A stretch of DNA of 63,940 nucleotides, counting the filler, from an uncultured archaeon (lineage in GTDB: Archaea; Iainarchaeota; Iainarchaeia; Iainarchaeales; 1-14-0-10-31-34): the NCBI GenBank assembly GCA_964442255.1. It is 3 parts of 3 records of this genome, joined end to end, with 100 filler letters (N's around TTAATTAATTAA, not from the genome) between each part and the next. Parts side by side here need not be neighbours in the genome. Positions count along the whole stretch, not along the records: positions 27,639 to 54,926 come from CAYTYC010000020.1; positions 55,027 to 63,940 come from CAYTYC010000034.1; 1 more part is not named here. The stretch is one strand, 5' to 3'. Below, piece after piece: positions 47,165 through 57,645 of this stretch; the stretch's first letter is position 1, and each line of letters starts with the position of its first letter. The translations under genes were made by a program, and so were the position numbers. The notes below the pieces were generated by a model. That model was not told where the DNA came from. It saw only the letters and a list, made by a program, of their open reading frames with translations, and did not search any database.

Positions 47165-47629
47165 TTACCTGATTGCCTTCCTTATTTCGCGGTCTTCCAT
47201 TGTTGTTTCGCAGTAAAAGCATTTTGCCTTCAAAGGCTCTTTTGAGGTGATGAAAAATTTTGTGGAAATTTCTTCCGCGTTTGTTATGCAGTTGGGGTTA
47301 ATGCATTCAATTATTTCCTCCACTTTTTCCGGCAGCCCGAGGCGCATTTTTTTCACTATATTGTAGTTTTTGATCATGTTCACTGTCGCCTTCCTTGCAA
47401 TCAGCTTGATTTTGTTTATTTCTTTTTCGTCGAGTTCCTTGTTTTCAATGAAGATTAAGTCTTTTTTCTTCATTTTCCTGCTTTCCACGTTCAACGCGAT
47501 TGTAACAACCCCTCCGGTTTCCAGGTCCACTACCTCCACCAGGCGCAAAGCGTTTCCCGCGGGAATGTGGTCAATTGAAGTTCCGTTTGCTATTGCGGAA
47601 ATGTGGATTTTTTTCCTGGCTTGCTTCAT
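47165..47629 (-). CDS. pyrI: Aspartate carbamoyltransferase regulatory chain
   Basis: NGTSIDHIPAG, CINPNCITN, CFYCE. Confidence 0.97.
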   Translation of the reverse strand: MKQARKKIHISAIANGTSIDHIPAGNALRLVEVVDLETGGVVTIALNVESRKMKKKDLIFIENKELDEKEINKIKLIARKATVNMIKNYNIVKKMRLGLPEKVEEIIECINPNCITNAEEISTKFFITSKEPLKAKCFYCETTMEDREIRKAIR

Positions 47630-47672
47630 TTTACCCGTGACTCCGCGTATTTAAGCATTTTTGGCGCGGCCA

Positions 47673-48647
<975 letters not shown>

Positions 48648-48670
48648 TTAAATTCTTTTCCCTTTTCCCG

Positions 48671-49630
48671 TCACTTCAATTCCTTCAGCAAGTCAATTAT
48701 GTTCAAATACTCCTGTTTGCGTTTGTTGAGCCTCAGTTCCCTGTACATTAAAAGCGAAAAGGTGTGCGGGTCAAAGATTCCTTTCTCCGTCACAATTCCC
48801 TCAAGGTATTCCGCTTCAGTGCGGTCAAACGCGGGGTTAAGTATTGTTGTGCCTTTTGGGGGCGACTCCCAAACCTCTTTTGGGGGGCGCTGTTCCACTG
48901 CCTCTGTTTCCCCGTAAAAGCTCATGGGATTGAATTTATGGGTTGAGCCCGCCACAAAATGCGGGGTGTCCTCTTTTTGTGCGGCAATTGAAACCTGCCT
49001 TGTCCCAATCTTGTTTATAACCGAGCCGTCGCTTAAAATCGCGTCGCATCCCGTGAAAAAATAGTCGGCTTCACGCAAAAAAACGGATGCGGCGGAGTCC
49101 ACAACCATTGTCACGGGAATGCCTTTCCCGGAAAGCCTTTTTGCGGTAATCCTGCCCTGAAATAAGGGGCGGGTTTCCGTGCAGTAAACCGCGTCAACCT
49201 TTTTTTTTGCCTGCGTCAAAATCTCTTCCACGGTGTGCGAATGGCAGTGCGTGAAAACAACTGAATTCTTTTTAATTGTTCTTGCCCCGTATTTTCCTAT
49301 TGTTTCCAGCGCCTTTTTCCTGTCCTTGTTGTAGTTTTTGCATAAGTTTGTGATGTTCCATTTCAGGTCATCCAGGGCGTCAACCCTTTCCAGTGCCTTC
49401 TTGCTTATCACCCTGATGGCGGTCCTCAGCCCCGGTTCAGTCGGCCGGGCATTTAAAACCAGCAAAAGGTTTTCCCTTAACTCTTCCCTTAACTCGCTCA
49501 TTGTTTTGGCTTTTGACTCCTGCACTGAAGCCTTGATTGCCTTCACCGCGGCGTTCCTCACGGAAGAGGCCCCCTGAATCCGGAGTTCGCGGATGTCTTT
49601 CACAATCCCTTTTAATCCTTTTCTCTGCAT
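48671..49630 (-). CDS. eIF-2B-family protein, probably ribose-1,5-bisphosphate isomerase
   Basis: IQGA, ARPTEP, THCHS, ETRPLFQG, GCDAI, NKIGT, NPAFD. Confidence 0.85.
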   Translation of the reverse strand: MQRKGLKGIVKDIRELRIQGASSVRNAAVKAIKASVQESKAKTMSELREELRENLLLVLNARPTEPGLRTAIRVISKKALERVDALDDLKWNITNLCKNYNKDRKKALETIGKYGARTIKKNSVVFTHCHSHTVEEILTQAKKKVDAVYCTETRPLFQGRITAKRLSGKGIPVTMVVDSAASVFLREADYFFTGCDAILSDGSVINKIGTRQVSIAAQKEDTPHFVAGSTHKFNPMSFYGETEAVEQRPPKEVWESPPKGTTILNPAFDRTEAEYLEGIVTEKGIFDPHTFSLLMYRELRLNKRKQEYLNIIDLLKELK

Positions 49631-49763
49631 AAATCCTTCAGCCTCTGCGGAGTTTAAGCCCTTTGTCCCTGCGGGGTAGCAATTTTAAGGGTGTTGGTTT
49701 AAGTTATTTTTTAAGCCATTATTATTGGGGGTTTTGGATTTAAAATGTTTGGGGTGAGCTGTA

Positions 49764-50894
49764 TTGAAAACTGTTTTGGACAAAGCCGTTAGAAGGGCTG
49801 TTTCTCCTTCTCCAAGGGCTGAAAAGCCGAAAAAAAAATCAACAATAAAGGACGAGGAGGCTCTTGCCGAACTCCTTGAATCAAGCAAGGCAACAATCAA
49901 GGTTGTCGGCGTAGGCGGAGGCGGCGGAAACACGATTGACAGGATGAGTGAAGTCGGAATAACCGGCGCGGAAACAATCGCGATTAACACTGACGCACAG
50001 GACCTTTTAAAAGTGCAGGCGGAAAGAAAGCTTTTGGTTGGCAGGGAAATAACCCGGGGCCTGGGCTCCGGGTCAAACCCGCAGGTCGGGGAAGCCGCGG
50101 CAAGGGAATCAGTGGACGAATTGCGCGAGCTTTTGTCCGGAACAGACCTTATTTTCATCACATGCGGTTTGGGTGGAGGAACTGGAACAGGTGCCTCCCC
50201 GATTGTGTCGGAAATCGCGAAAGAAATGAAGGCTCTCACAATAGGCGTTGTGACTTTGCCTTTCACTGTTGAGGGAAGGAAAAGAATGGAGAACGCCCTG
50301 GAGGGGCTTGCAAAACTGAAAAAGGAAACCGACACCGTGATTGTGATTCCAAACGACAAGATTTTGGAGATTGCGCCCGACCTTCCAGTGCGGGCGGCAT
50401 TCAAGGTTGCGGACGAAGTTTTAACAAATTCGGTTAAGGGAATAACTGAAATGGTTACAAAGCCGGGGCTTATTAACCTGGATTTCGCTGACCTCCGCAC
50501 TGTGCTGGACAGAGGCGGGGCGGCAATGATTGGGTTGGGCGACAGCCACGCGGAAAAGGCAACTGACTCCCGGGCCCTGGAGGCAGTGGAAAACGCCTTA
50601 ACCTCTCCGCTTTTGGATGTGGACATTTCCGAGGCAGGAAAGGCTTTGGTGAATGTCATCGGCGGAACCGACATGACTTTGCGTGAGGCCGAAATGATTG
50701 TTGAAGCCGTTTCCGCAAAAATCCATGCAAACGCCCACATAATTTGGGGGGCAATGGTTGACGAAAACCTTCCAAGAAACCAGATTCAGGCAATGGTCGT
50801 GGTTGCGGGCGGAAAATTCCCGTACCTTGGAAGCCTGAAAGAATTGGAGAAAGAGGACGGCACCCTTGATTTGGGAATAGAGTTCACGGGGTGA
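49764..50894 (+). CDS. ftsZ: Cell division protein FtsZ
   Basis: GVGGGGGN, GLGGGTGTG, NLDFAD. Confidence 0.98.
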   Translation: MKTVLDKAVRRAVSPSPRAEKPKKKSTIKDEEALAELLESSKATIKVVGVGGGGGNTIDRMSEVGITGAETIAINTDAQDLLKVQAERKLLVGREITRGLGSGSNPQVGEAAARESVDELRELLSGTDLIFITCGLGGGTGTGASPIVSEIAKEMKALTIGVVTLPFTVEGRKRMENALEGLAKLKKETDTVIVIPNDKILEIAPDLPVRAAFKVADEVLTNSVKGITEMVTKPGLINLDFADLRTVLDRGGAAMIGLGDSHAEKATDSRALEAVENALTSPLLDVDISEAGKALVNVIGGTDMTLREAEMIVEAVSAKIHANAHIIWGAMVDENLPRNQIQAMVVVAGGKFPYLGSLKELEKEDGTLDLGIEFTG

Positions 50895-50986
50895 ACTCTT
50901 TTTTTTTCCAGCCCCTTTTTCTTTATTTTTTATTTTTTCTGCCTTAAACCCAACTTATTTAAATGCTTTCACGGAAAGATTTTTTC

Positions 50987-51190
50987 ATGGTTTCACTGAA
51001 TTTAAGGGGCAGAATAGTTTTTTTCCTGAACGCAAGCCGAAGGATTTTCACTGTCAGCAAAAAGCCTGACTGGGAGGAATTCAAGGTAATGGCAAAGGTA
51101 ACCGGTTTGGGCATTATTCTCATAGCGGTAATCGGCTTTATTGTGAAAGCGGTTTCCACGCTTGTTCTGCCGCTTTTCATCGGGGCATAA
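50987..51190 (+). CDS. secE: Protein translocase SecE/Sec61-gamma
   Basis: SKKPDWEEF...GLGIILIAVIGF; synteny. Confidence 0.92.
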   Translation: MVSLNLRGRIVFFLNASRRIFTVSKKPDWEEFKVMAKVTGLGIILIAVIGFIVKAVSTLVLPLFIGA

Positions 51191-51283
51191 GCTTTAAAAC
51201 CGTTCCCTGAACACTTTGTATATACTTTTTTGAATTGATTTCGGGTTTTTTTTTGTGTTTAAAAGGGCTTTAGGGGCTGGAAT

Positions 51284-51724
51284 ATGATTTTCACTTTAAG
51301 GACAACGGTCGGACAGGAGTCACTGGTTGTAGACATACTCGGCAACAAAATAAAGACAGACGAGATTGAAGTTTACTCATTGAGCGTAATCCCTGGATTG
51401 AAAGGGTATGTGCTGATTGAAGCGGACACGGAATTAACTGTGCGGAGGGCAATCGCAAACACTCCGCACGTGAAGGGCCGCGGAATAGTTGGGGGAGAAG
51501 TAAAAATTGACGAGCTTTCCTCCTTGCTGGAAGCCAAGCCCTTAATGAAAAGCATTAAGGAAGGGCAGAAAGTGGAATTGATTGCCGGGCCGTTTAAAGG
51601 TGAAAGGGCAAGGGTTTTGAGGGTTAATGACACAAAAGAAGAGGTAACAGTTGAATTGCTTGAGGCAGCGGTCAAAATCCCGGTAACCATAAGGGCAGAG
51701 CACATAAGGATTTTAAGGGAGTGA
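51284..51724 (+). CDS. spt5: Transcription elongation factor Spt5
   Basis: TTVGQE, KGYVLIE, KOW GPFKGERARV. Confidence 0.96.
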   Translation: MIFTLRTTVGQESLVVDILGNKIKTDEIEVYSLSVIPGLKGYVLIEADTELTVRRAIANTPHVKGRGIVGGEVKIDELSSLLEAKPLMKSIKEGQKVELIAGPFKGERARVLRVNDTKEEVTVELLEAAVKIPVTIRAEHIRILRE

Positions 51725-51742
51725 AAAAAAGGGAAGTGATTG

Positions 51743-52225
51743 ATGATGCCGGAAGTGTCGGTTTTGGTTGAAGGCGGGAAAGCAACTGCCGCCGCCCCGT
51801 TGGGGCCTGCTTTGGGGCCTTTGGGGGTGAACATAGGGGAAATTGTTGCGCAGATTAACGAGAAAACAAAGGAGTACGCGGGAACAAAGGTTCCTGTGAA
51901 AGTGACAGTTAACTCAGACAAAAGCTTTGAAATAAAGGTCGGCTCCCCTCCCATGAGCGCTTTAATCAAAAAGGAATTGAACCTCAAGAAAGGCGCGGCA
52001 AACCCGAAAACAGAGAAAGTCGCGAACCTTTCAATTCAGCAGCTCAAAAAGCTCGCGAAAATGAAAATGGAAAACCTGACTTCAAGCGAACTCAAAAGCG
52101 CCGCAAAAGAGGTTGCGGGAACCTGCAACAGCATGGGCGTAACCATTGAAGGAAAAAAGGCACAGGAATTCATTAAAGAACTGGGTAAAGGAAAATTTGA
52201 TTCAGAGCTGAAGGAGTCAGCCTGA
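51743..52225 (+). CDS. rpl11: 50S ribosomal protein L11
   Basis: EGGKATAAAPLGPALGPLGVN...GTCNSMGV. Confidence 0.97.
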   Translation: MMPEVSVLVEGGKATAAAPLGPALGPLGVNIGEIVAQINEKTKEYAGTKVPVKVTVNSDKSFEIKVGSPPMSALIKKELNLKKGAANPKTEKVANLSIQQLKKLAKMKMENLTSSELKSAAKEVAGTCNSMGVTIEGKKAQEFIKELGKGKFDSELKESA

Positions 52226-53335
52226 TTCCATGGAAAACTGCTTTTCTTTTTTCCTTATTCTTTTTCTTGCGATGTCCATCGCACAGCCCCTTGGAAAAGC
52301 GTCCTTTTCTTTGCAGTCCTCCAAAACTTCTTTCGTGTTTTTCACAATCTTTTCTTCCACCATTTTAAACATTTCTTTTTCCGTTCCCCCGATGTGCTCC
52401 ACGTAAGAGCTTATCACTCCTCCCGCGTTCGCCACAAAATCCGGGATAACAGTTATTTTTTTCCTGTGCAGCCAGTCCTCTATTTCCGGGCTTATTGGAA
52501 TGTTTGAGCCCTCCACAATCAGCTTTGCCTTCACCCTGTGAATGTTTGCCGCGGTTATCACGTTTGGCACTGCCGCGGTGACAATGATGTCCACATCCAG
52601 TTCAAACAAATCCGAGTCAAAAAGCTTTTTTCCGTCCGCGTATTTTGTGACCGAGCCCGCTTCTTTTGTCGCCTTCATTAATTCGCTGTAATCCAGCCCG
52701 TTCGGGTTGTGAATGCATCCCCTGATGTCGGAAACCCCGACAAGCTTTGCGCCCTCTTTTTCAGTTAAATACTTTGAAACAAAGCTTCCCACGTTTCCGA
52801 AGCCTTCAACCGCAACCCTTGCGCCATTTAAATCCAGCCCAATGTGCTCTGCCGCGACTTTTGTGGCGTGGTATACGCCGAAGCCCGTGCTTCCCAGCTC
52901 GTGCGGCAACCCGCCCATGGAGGCAGGCTTTCCGGTGCAGGACTTTGGGTTTCCGTTTTCTTCCGCGAAAATTTGCATTTCTTTTTCGCCCATGTTGATG
53001 TCCGGGGCGGTAATGTATTCCGCGGGACTCAAATTCTTTAAGGCCTTTGCAAACGCTTTCACTAGCTCGTGCTTTTTTCCAACCGAAATTTTGCGTGTGT
53101 CCGCGATTATCCCTGATTTTGCTCCCCCGAAAGGAATCCCTGCAAGCGAGTTTTTCCAGGTCATTGTCCTCGCCAATTTCACCACTTCCTCCAGTGTCAC
53201 GGTGGGCGTCATCCTTACCCCGCCTTTTCCGGGGCCAAAAACAGTGTTGTCGATTACGGTGTAAGCCTTGAGCCCGGCTTTTGGATTGTAGGAGGTGACC
53301 ATTTTTTCGGGCCCGAATTCGTCGTAGTCAACCAT
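52217..53335 (-). CDS. gdhA: Glu/Leu/Phe/Val dehydrogenase (glutamate dehydrogenase-like)
   Basis: GPGKGGVR, GGAKSG, APDIN, GFGNVG, PDFVANAGGV. Confidence 0.9.
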   Translation of the reverse strand: MVDYDEFGPEKMVTSYNPKAGLKAYTVIDNTVFGPGKGGVRMTPTVTLEEVVKLARTMTWKNSLAGIPFGGAKSGIIADTRKISVGKKHELVKAFAKALKNLSPAEYITAPDINMGEKEMQIFAEENGNPKSCTGKPASMGGLPHELGSTGFGVYHATKVAAEHIGLDLNGARVAVEGFGNVGSFVSKYLTEKEGAKLVGVSDIRGCIHNPNGLDYSELMKATKEAGSVTKYADGKKLFDSDLFELDVDIIVTAAVPNVITAANIHRVKAKLIVEGSNIPISPEIEDWLHRKKITVIPDFVANAGGVISSYVEHIGGTEKEMFKMVEEKIVKNTKEVLEDCKEKDAFPRGCAMDIARKRIRKKEKQFSMESG

Positions 53336-53389
53336 TTCCGCACTCCAATGGAACTGAATCCGGGGAAAAGTTTTTAAGCCTTTTTTGAA

Positions 53390-54781
53390 TCAGGCGGATT
53401 GTGCGTCAACTTTGGTGCAGGTGTTCTGGATGCATTGGGCTTCGTAGTGAGGTTTAAGGATTTCCGGCACGCAGGCAGGGCATCCCCATCCATCTTGACC
53501 GCAGTTTTCTTCTTTCCATTCCTCGAGTTTTTTGCCGTTAACCGCAGTATATTCTTCGCTTGCGTAATCTATTTCGTTGCATGGTTCGCAATAGTTGCAT
53601 TCATAGTTTTTGTTAACCAGCATGCAGTCGTCGTGTGTTTCGCACGTTAGATTAAATTCAGGCTTTTTTTCTGCCCCGTTTATTTCAAACTCGTTTGAGT
53701 AAACTGTTGTGAAGTCTTCCGGGCCCGGAAGGTTTGCGGGCAGGCTTTTGTTCCATAAATCGGGTTCCTGTGTTTTTGAGTGGGTTAAGTATTCCATTTT
53801 TGCGCGGTAAGTTCCTTCATTGGCTTCCGTATAGCGCGGAGTTCCGGTGCCGGTGTAATGCTTCTGGCTCCAGGTGAATTCAAAGCTTTCCCCGGGCTCT
53901 ATTTTTTTGTAATCCCGTATGTCAAGGGACTCAACTATGGGCGTGTTCAGCTGGACTTCAAGCGCCATCCATTCACCGGAGGCAGACTTCATTTCAATGA
54001 AAAACCTGTTGAATTCCATGGGCTTAATGTAAACGCTTTCGCCTGAACCGTTTTGCAGTGAAAGGGTAACGGTTTCGCCTTTTTCGTATTCAGTTTTATC
54101 GGTGGTTAACGTTACTTTTTCCTCGCATTTCCCTTCATATGCCACATTTACTCCGGCACATTCAGCGTAACAGCTGTTGCTGTAAGTTTTTCCATCCACA
54201 CCGCAGACCGGGTCATACAACGCAATGCAGATGCAGCCTTCTTCTCTGCATTCGCCTTTATAGTTCACTTCAACTCCCGCGCATCCTGCAAGGCATGAGT
54301 TGTCATAGGTTTTTCCGTCTTCTCCGCAGACCGGGTCAATTACAGCTGGGCAAATGCATCCTTTTTCTTCCTCTGGCCCGTTGCTTTCCCTGAACCCGAG
54401 TTCAAGCATTTTTTTTAAATCGTCTTCCGAAACCTGCAGGTAAAGCATGTAACCTTTGGCGCAACTGCAGGCTGCACAAGTTGCTTTCGCAGGCCCGGGG
54501 GCTTCAACTTTGAATACTTTTATGCCCTCGTTTTTTTGATAGTAGTCGTTTATTATTTTGGCTTCTTCTTTTGAGACAAGTTCGTCCGGGTCAGTGCTTA
54601 CCGGATAGTCTTTGCCTTCATTTTCTTCAAGCCATGCCCTTTCCCAGTGGTTTCCCATGCACTGAATTGGGTCAATCTCAACCCAAACCCTGCCTTTTTC
54701 AAGCGGAGGCAAATCTACGTCAGTGCACCCAAAAAACAGAGTCAATGAAACCAGCAGCGCGGGCAAAATCCAGTTTTTCAT
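53390..54781 (-). CDS. Lipoprotein with two Kazal protease-inhibitor domains and an Ig-like domain
   Basis: Lipobox FFGC; CPAVIDPVCGEDGKTYDNSC and CIALYDPVCGVDGKTYSNSC; TDKTEYEKGETVTL. Confidence 0.9.
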   Translation of the reverse strand: MKNWILPALLVSLTLFFGCTDVDLPPLEKGRVWVEIDPIQCMGNHWERAWLEENEGKDYPVSTDPDELVSKEEAKIINDYYQKNEGIKVFKVEAPGPAKATCAACSCAKGYMLYLQVSEDDLKKMLELGFRESNGPEEEKGCICPAVIDPVCGEDGKTYDNSCLAGCAGVEVNYKGECREEGCICIALYDPVCGVDGKTYSNSCYAECAGVNVAYEGKCEEKVTLTTDKTEYEKGETVTLSLQNGSGESVYIKPMEFNRFFIEMKSASGEWMALEVQLNTPIVESLDIRDYKKIEPGESFEFTWSQKHYTGTGTPRYTEANEGTYRAKMEYLTHSKTQEPDLWNKSLPANLPGPEDFTTVYSNEFEINGAEKKPEFNLTCETHDDCMLVNKNYECNYCEPCNEIDYASEEYTAVNGKKLEEWKEENCGQDGWGCPACVPEILKPHYEAQCIQNTCTKVDAQSA

Positions 54782-54926
54782 GCCATAAGTTAAGCCTAAG
54801 CCATTTATTAAATTATCTTTTTTGCTTAGGCTTAAGCCTTATTGCAGCCAGGTGCCCTTGCAGAGGCAAATCAGGTTTTTGGCGGCTGCTTGTTCTTTTT
54901 GCCGAACTTAACAACCCAAAGAAATC

Positions 54927-55026
54927 NNNNNNNNNNNNNNNNNNNNNNNNNNNNNNNNNNNNNNNNNNNNTTAATTAATTAANNNNNNNNNNNNNNNNNN
55001 NNNNNNNNNNNNNNNNNNNNNNNNNN
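54927..55026. other. Scaffold gap with artificial linker (54971-54982)
   Basis: N-run with TTAATTAATTAA. Confidence 0.95.
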
Positions 55027-55417
55027 TCCTGCGGCGGCCCCGCAAAAACAGGAGCAGCAAAAACAATTGCCCCCAGGCAAAAAACAAGCAAAAATTTCGT
55101 TAAATCAAGCCAACCCATTTTAAAACAACCCCCCAGTTGCGTTATTTTTTTAGTTTTTTTTTAGTTTAAGTTTTTTCACTGATTGCACGCGCTAAACTAC
55201 TCAAATGATTAGCGCAATAAATTCAATTGCACGCGAGCCTTTTAAAAACACTTCACTTTAGTCAATGATTAGTCTTCATAGTCGGCAAAAAAGACTTTTT
55301 TTCAAAAAAAAAGGGTTTAACTCCCACCAAATACGGGGCAATTTACTACAGGACAGTAGTTGCATTAAAAAAGAGTTCGTTAAATGATAATATTCAGGGA
55401 CCAGAACGGGGAAAAAA

Positions 55418-56431
55418 ATGATTGAACTTCAGGAACAGTTGTGGTTCAAAAAATTCGGTTATGAAGAAGACCCCTTTCACATCCGCCCCACCCCTGAAGC
55501 AAACGGAAGGCAAAAAACCCTGCGCAAAACAGCCTGGCACGCGCTTTCAGGCAACATTGCGCTCTTGTCCGGGGAATCCGGCTCAGGAAAAACCTCTCTC
55601 CTGAAATGCATGGAAAAAACCCTTAACGAAAACGGCTTTCAATGCGGTTACATTAATTTGAACGCGGAAGAACTGGACACCGAAAAAATTTTTCCGGCCA
55701 AAGAAGAAGGAAAAAAACGCGTTCTATTGCTGGATGACGCGGACCGGCTGTCTTTTGGCGAATCGGAAAAACTAAAGCACCTGTTTGACGCCAGCCTTTT
55801 GCATTCAATCATTCTGGCTTCATCCAATGCAAGCCTGCACTCTGCTTCAGCTTCATTCAAAAACAGGGTAAGCGAAGCAGTCAAGCTGGAGCAAATGCGG
55901 GAAAAAGAACTGGAAAAAGTTTTAGAGGAACGCCTCCACAAGGAAAACCCTTTGGAAGAAAAAATAAGGGAAATGCTTTTAAAGAAAGCCGAAGGCAATC
56001 CCCGAACCCTCTTAATTCACTCAAAGAATTTTTGCATGAACTTTCAGTCCCTTTTAGAGGAAAACAATGATTACAGGAAAAAAAGCCCCCTAAAAAGGAA
56101 AGCTTTGAGGGAAAAAATTTTCCTGCAATGCATTAACGGCCTTCCGGCAGAAAAAGCCCTTCCTTCACGGAATGTAACGCCTTTGCAGCGGAGAATCCTT
56201 GAGGCACTCAAAAAAAAGCCCATGGGCCTGAAAGAGTTAAGCGATTTTGCCGGAACAACTGTCGGAAGCACAGGCAAACAGCTTTCCATTCTCTTGCTTA
56301 GAACCAAAAAATATTACATGGAAAAAAAAGGCATTGTGAGGCCGTTAATTGAAAAAGACAAGTCAAATGCGCAGACAATTTATTCAATTACAAGGGAAGG
56401 AAAAAAGGTTTTAAGGGAAAGCCAAGCATAG
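55418..56431 (+). CDS. AAA+ ATPase (ExeA-like N-terminus) with C-terminal wHTH
   Basis: FGYEEDPF, GESGSGKTS, LLLDDAD, GNPR; TPLQRRIL...YSITREG. Confidence 0.85.
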   Translation: MIELQEQLWFKKFGYEEDPFHIRPTPEANGRQKTLRKTAWHALSGNIALLSGESGSGKTSLLKCMEKTLNENGFQCGYINLNAEELDTEKIFPAKEEGKKRVLLLDDADRLSFGESEKLKHLFDASLLHSIILASSNASLHSASASFKNRVSEAVKLEQMREKELEKVLEERLHKENPLEEKIREMLLKKAEGNPRTLLIHSKNFCMNFQSLLEENNDYRKKSPLKRKALREKIFLQCINGLPAEKALPSRNVTPLQRRILEALKKKPMGLKELSDFAGTTVGSTGKQLSILLLRTKKYYMEKKGIVRPLIEKDKSNAQTIYSITREGKKVLRESQA

Positions 56432-56746
56432 AAACCACTGCAATAATCCAAAAAATATTCTTAATGGCATTTCTTGCGTGCTTGAATTAATGGACTTAAA
56501 AGCGGTTGGCTAATTGCACGGATTATGAAATTGACTTAAGGCAGCATTTTTTGCATTTCAGGCCGGTTTCAGGGCAAATCAATGAAAGGAAACCAGGAAC
56601 AAAACTGCTTTCATGCAATTGATTAGTTCAGGGAAATATTTAAACCCCCCACAACCCTCTTTGCCTTAATAATGTTTGAATTTTTTAATGTTTGACTTTT
56701 TATTTCTTTTCTCTATATTATTTCTCTACACCATATTTTGTTTAAT

Positions 56747-56905
56747 GGGGACGTGGTGTAGCCTGGTCCAGCATTGGGGCTTCGGGACAACCATTGCGTA
56801 GGTTGAATCCGCCATACGTCGAGGCATTTCGCTGACGCTCAATGCCTCATAAATATTATGGTTGCGGGAAAGCCTCCGACGGGAGTTCAAATCTCCCCGT
56901 TCCCA
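56747..56905 (+). tRNA. tRNA-Pro(CGG) with 84-nt intron at 37/38 (56787-56870)
   Basis: Acceptor GGGGACG/CGTTCCC, anticodon stem GGGGC/GCCTC, CGG at 56783-85, T arm GGGAG-TTCAAAT-CTCCC; BHB from TTCG/CGGG helix with GGA and AAA bulges. Confidence 0.93.
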
Positions 56906-56906
56906 T

Positions 56907-57611
56907 ATGCAAAGCAAAGCCTTTGGAAAAAACTATTTCTTTGGAAAAAAAAGCCCTTACGGAAAATATTTTCCGGAGGAAAGGCAGCGCGAAAAATTTT
57001 TCGGGTTTTTGGCGGAAAACGGAATTCAGGTGAAAAAAAAGAAAGTGCTGGAAGTGGGCTGCGCATTCGGGTTTTACCTGAAAAAACTGGAAAAAGAAGG
57101 CGCACAGGCTTTCGGGCTCGACAAAAGTTCTTTTGCCGCTGGAAAAGCAAAAGAGCTGGGGCTGAAAAACGTTTTTTTGGGGGACATCCAAAAGCCCGCG
57201 CCATTTGAGCCCGCACACTTTGATTTCATTTATTCTTTGGATACGATTGAGCATCTGGAAAATCCAAAAGCAATGGCTGAAAACTGTTTTAGTTTGCTGA
57301 AGGAAAACGGAACCCTTCTCCTTGTTACCCCAAACAGGAAAGCCGTTCCGCTGATGAAACTCTTTTACAGGCTTACGGGAAAAAAACTGAAGGATGAAAC
57401 GCACATCAGTTTGCTTTCGCAAAAGCAGGTGAAGGCGCTGTTCAGTGAATGGAAAACTGCAAGGGTTTTCACCGCGTTTTGGGGAATGCGGTTAACAGAA
57501 AACAAAAGTTTTCTTAAAAGCTTTTCCCGGATTGCGGAACCGTTTGCGCGTTTTTTCGGCCTGGGCTCGTACATTGTTGTTTTCGCGGAAAAAGGCAAAG
57601 CAAACCCTTAA
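56907..57611 (+). CDS. Class I SAM-dependent methyltransferase
   Basis: VLEVGCAFG, FDFIYSLDTIEH; related to 13899-14567; ATG 2 nt after tRNA end. Confidence 0.9.
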   Translation: MQSKAFGKNYFFGKKSPYGKYFPEERQREKFFGFLAENGIQVKKKKVLEVGCAFGFYLKKLEKEGAQAFGLDKSSFAAGKAKELGLKNVFLGDIQKPAPFEPAHFDFIYSLDTIEHLENPKAMAENCFSLLKENGTLLLVTPNRKAVPLMKLFYRLTGKKLKDETHISLLSQKQVKALFSEWKTARVFTAFWGMRLTENKSFLKSFSRIAEPFARFFGLGSYIVVFAEKGKANP

Positions 57612-57645
57612 ATAAATGCCTTTGTAATTTGATATAGTGATGTAA

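Noticed and set aside
49685..50740. 351-aa antisense ORF, likewise 60008-61126, 46478-47110 and 51373-51987
   Set aside because: Shadow frames opposite ftsZ, the P-type ATPase, pyrD and spt5/rpl11
51743..52225. Absence of rpl1/rpl10/rpl12 after rpl11
   Set aside because: Simple operon break, common in reduced archaeal genomes; cannot be judged from one window
56862..56906. N-terminal extension of the methyltransferase ORF
   Set aside because: Overlaps the tRNA intron and 3' exon; ATG at 56907 preferred
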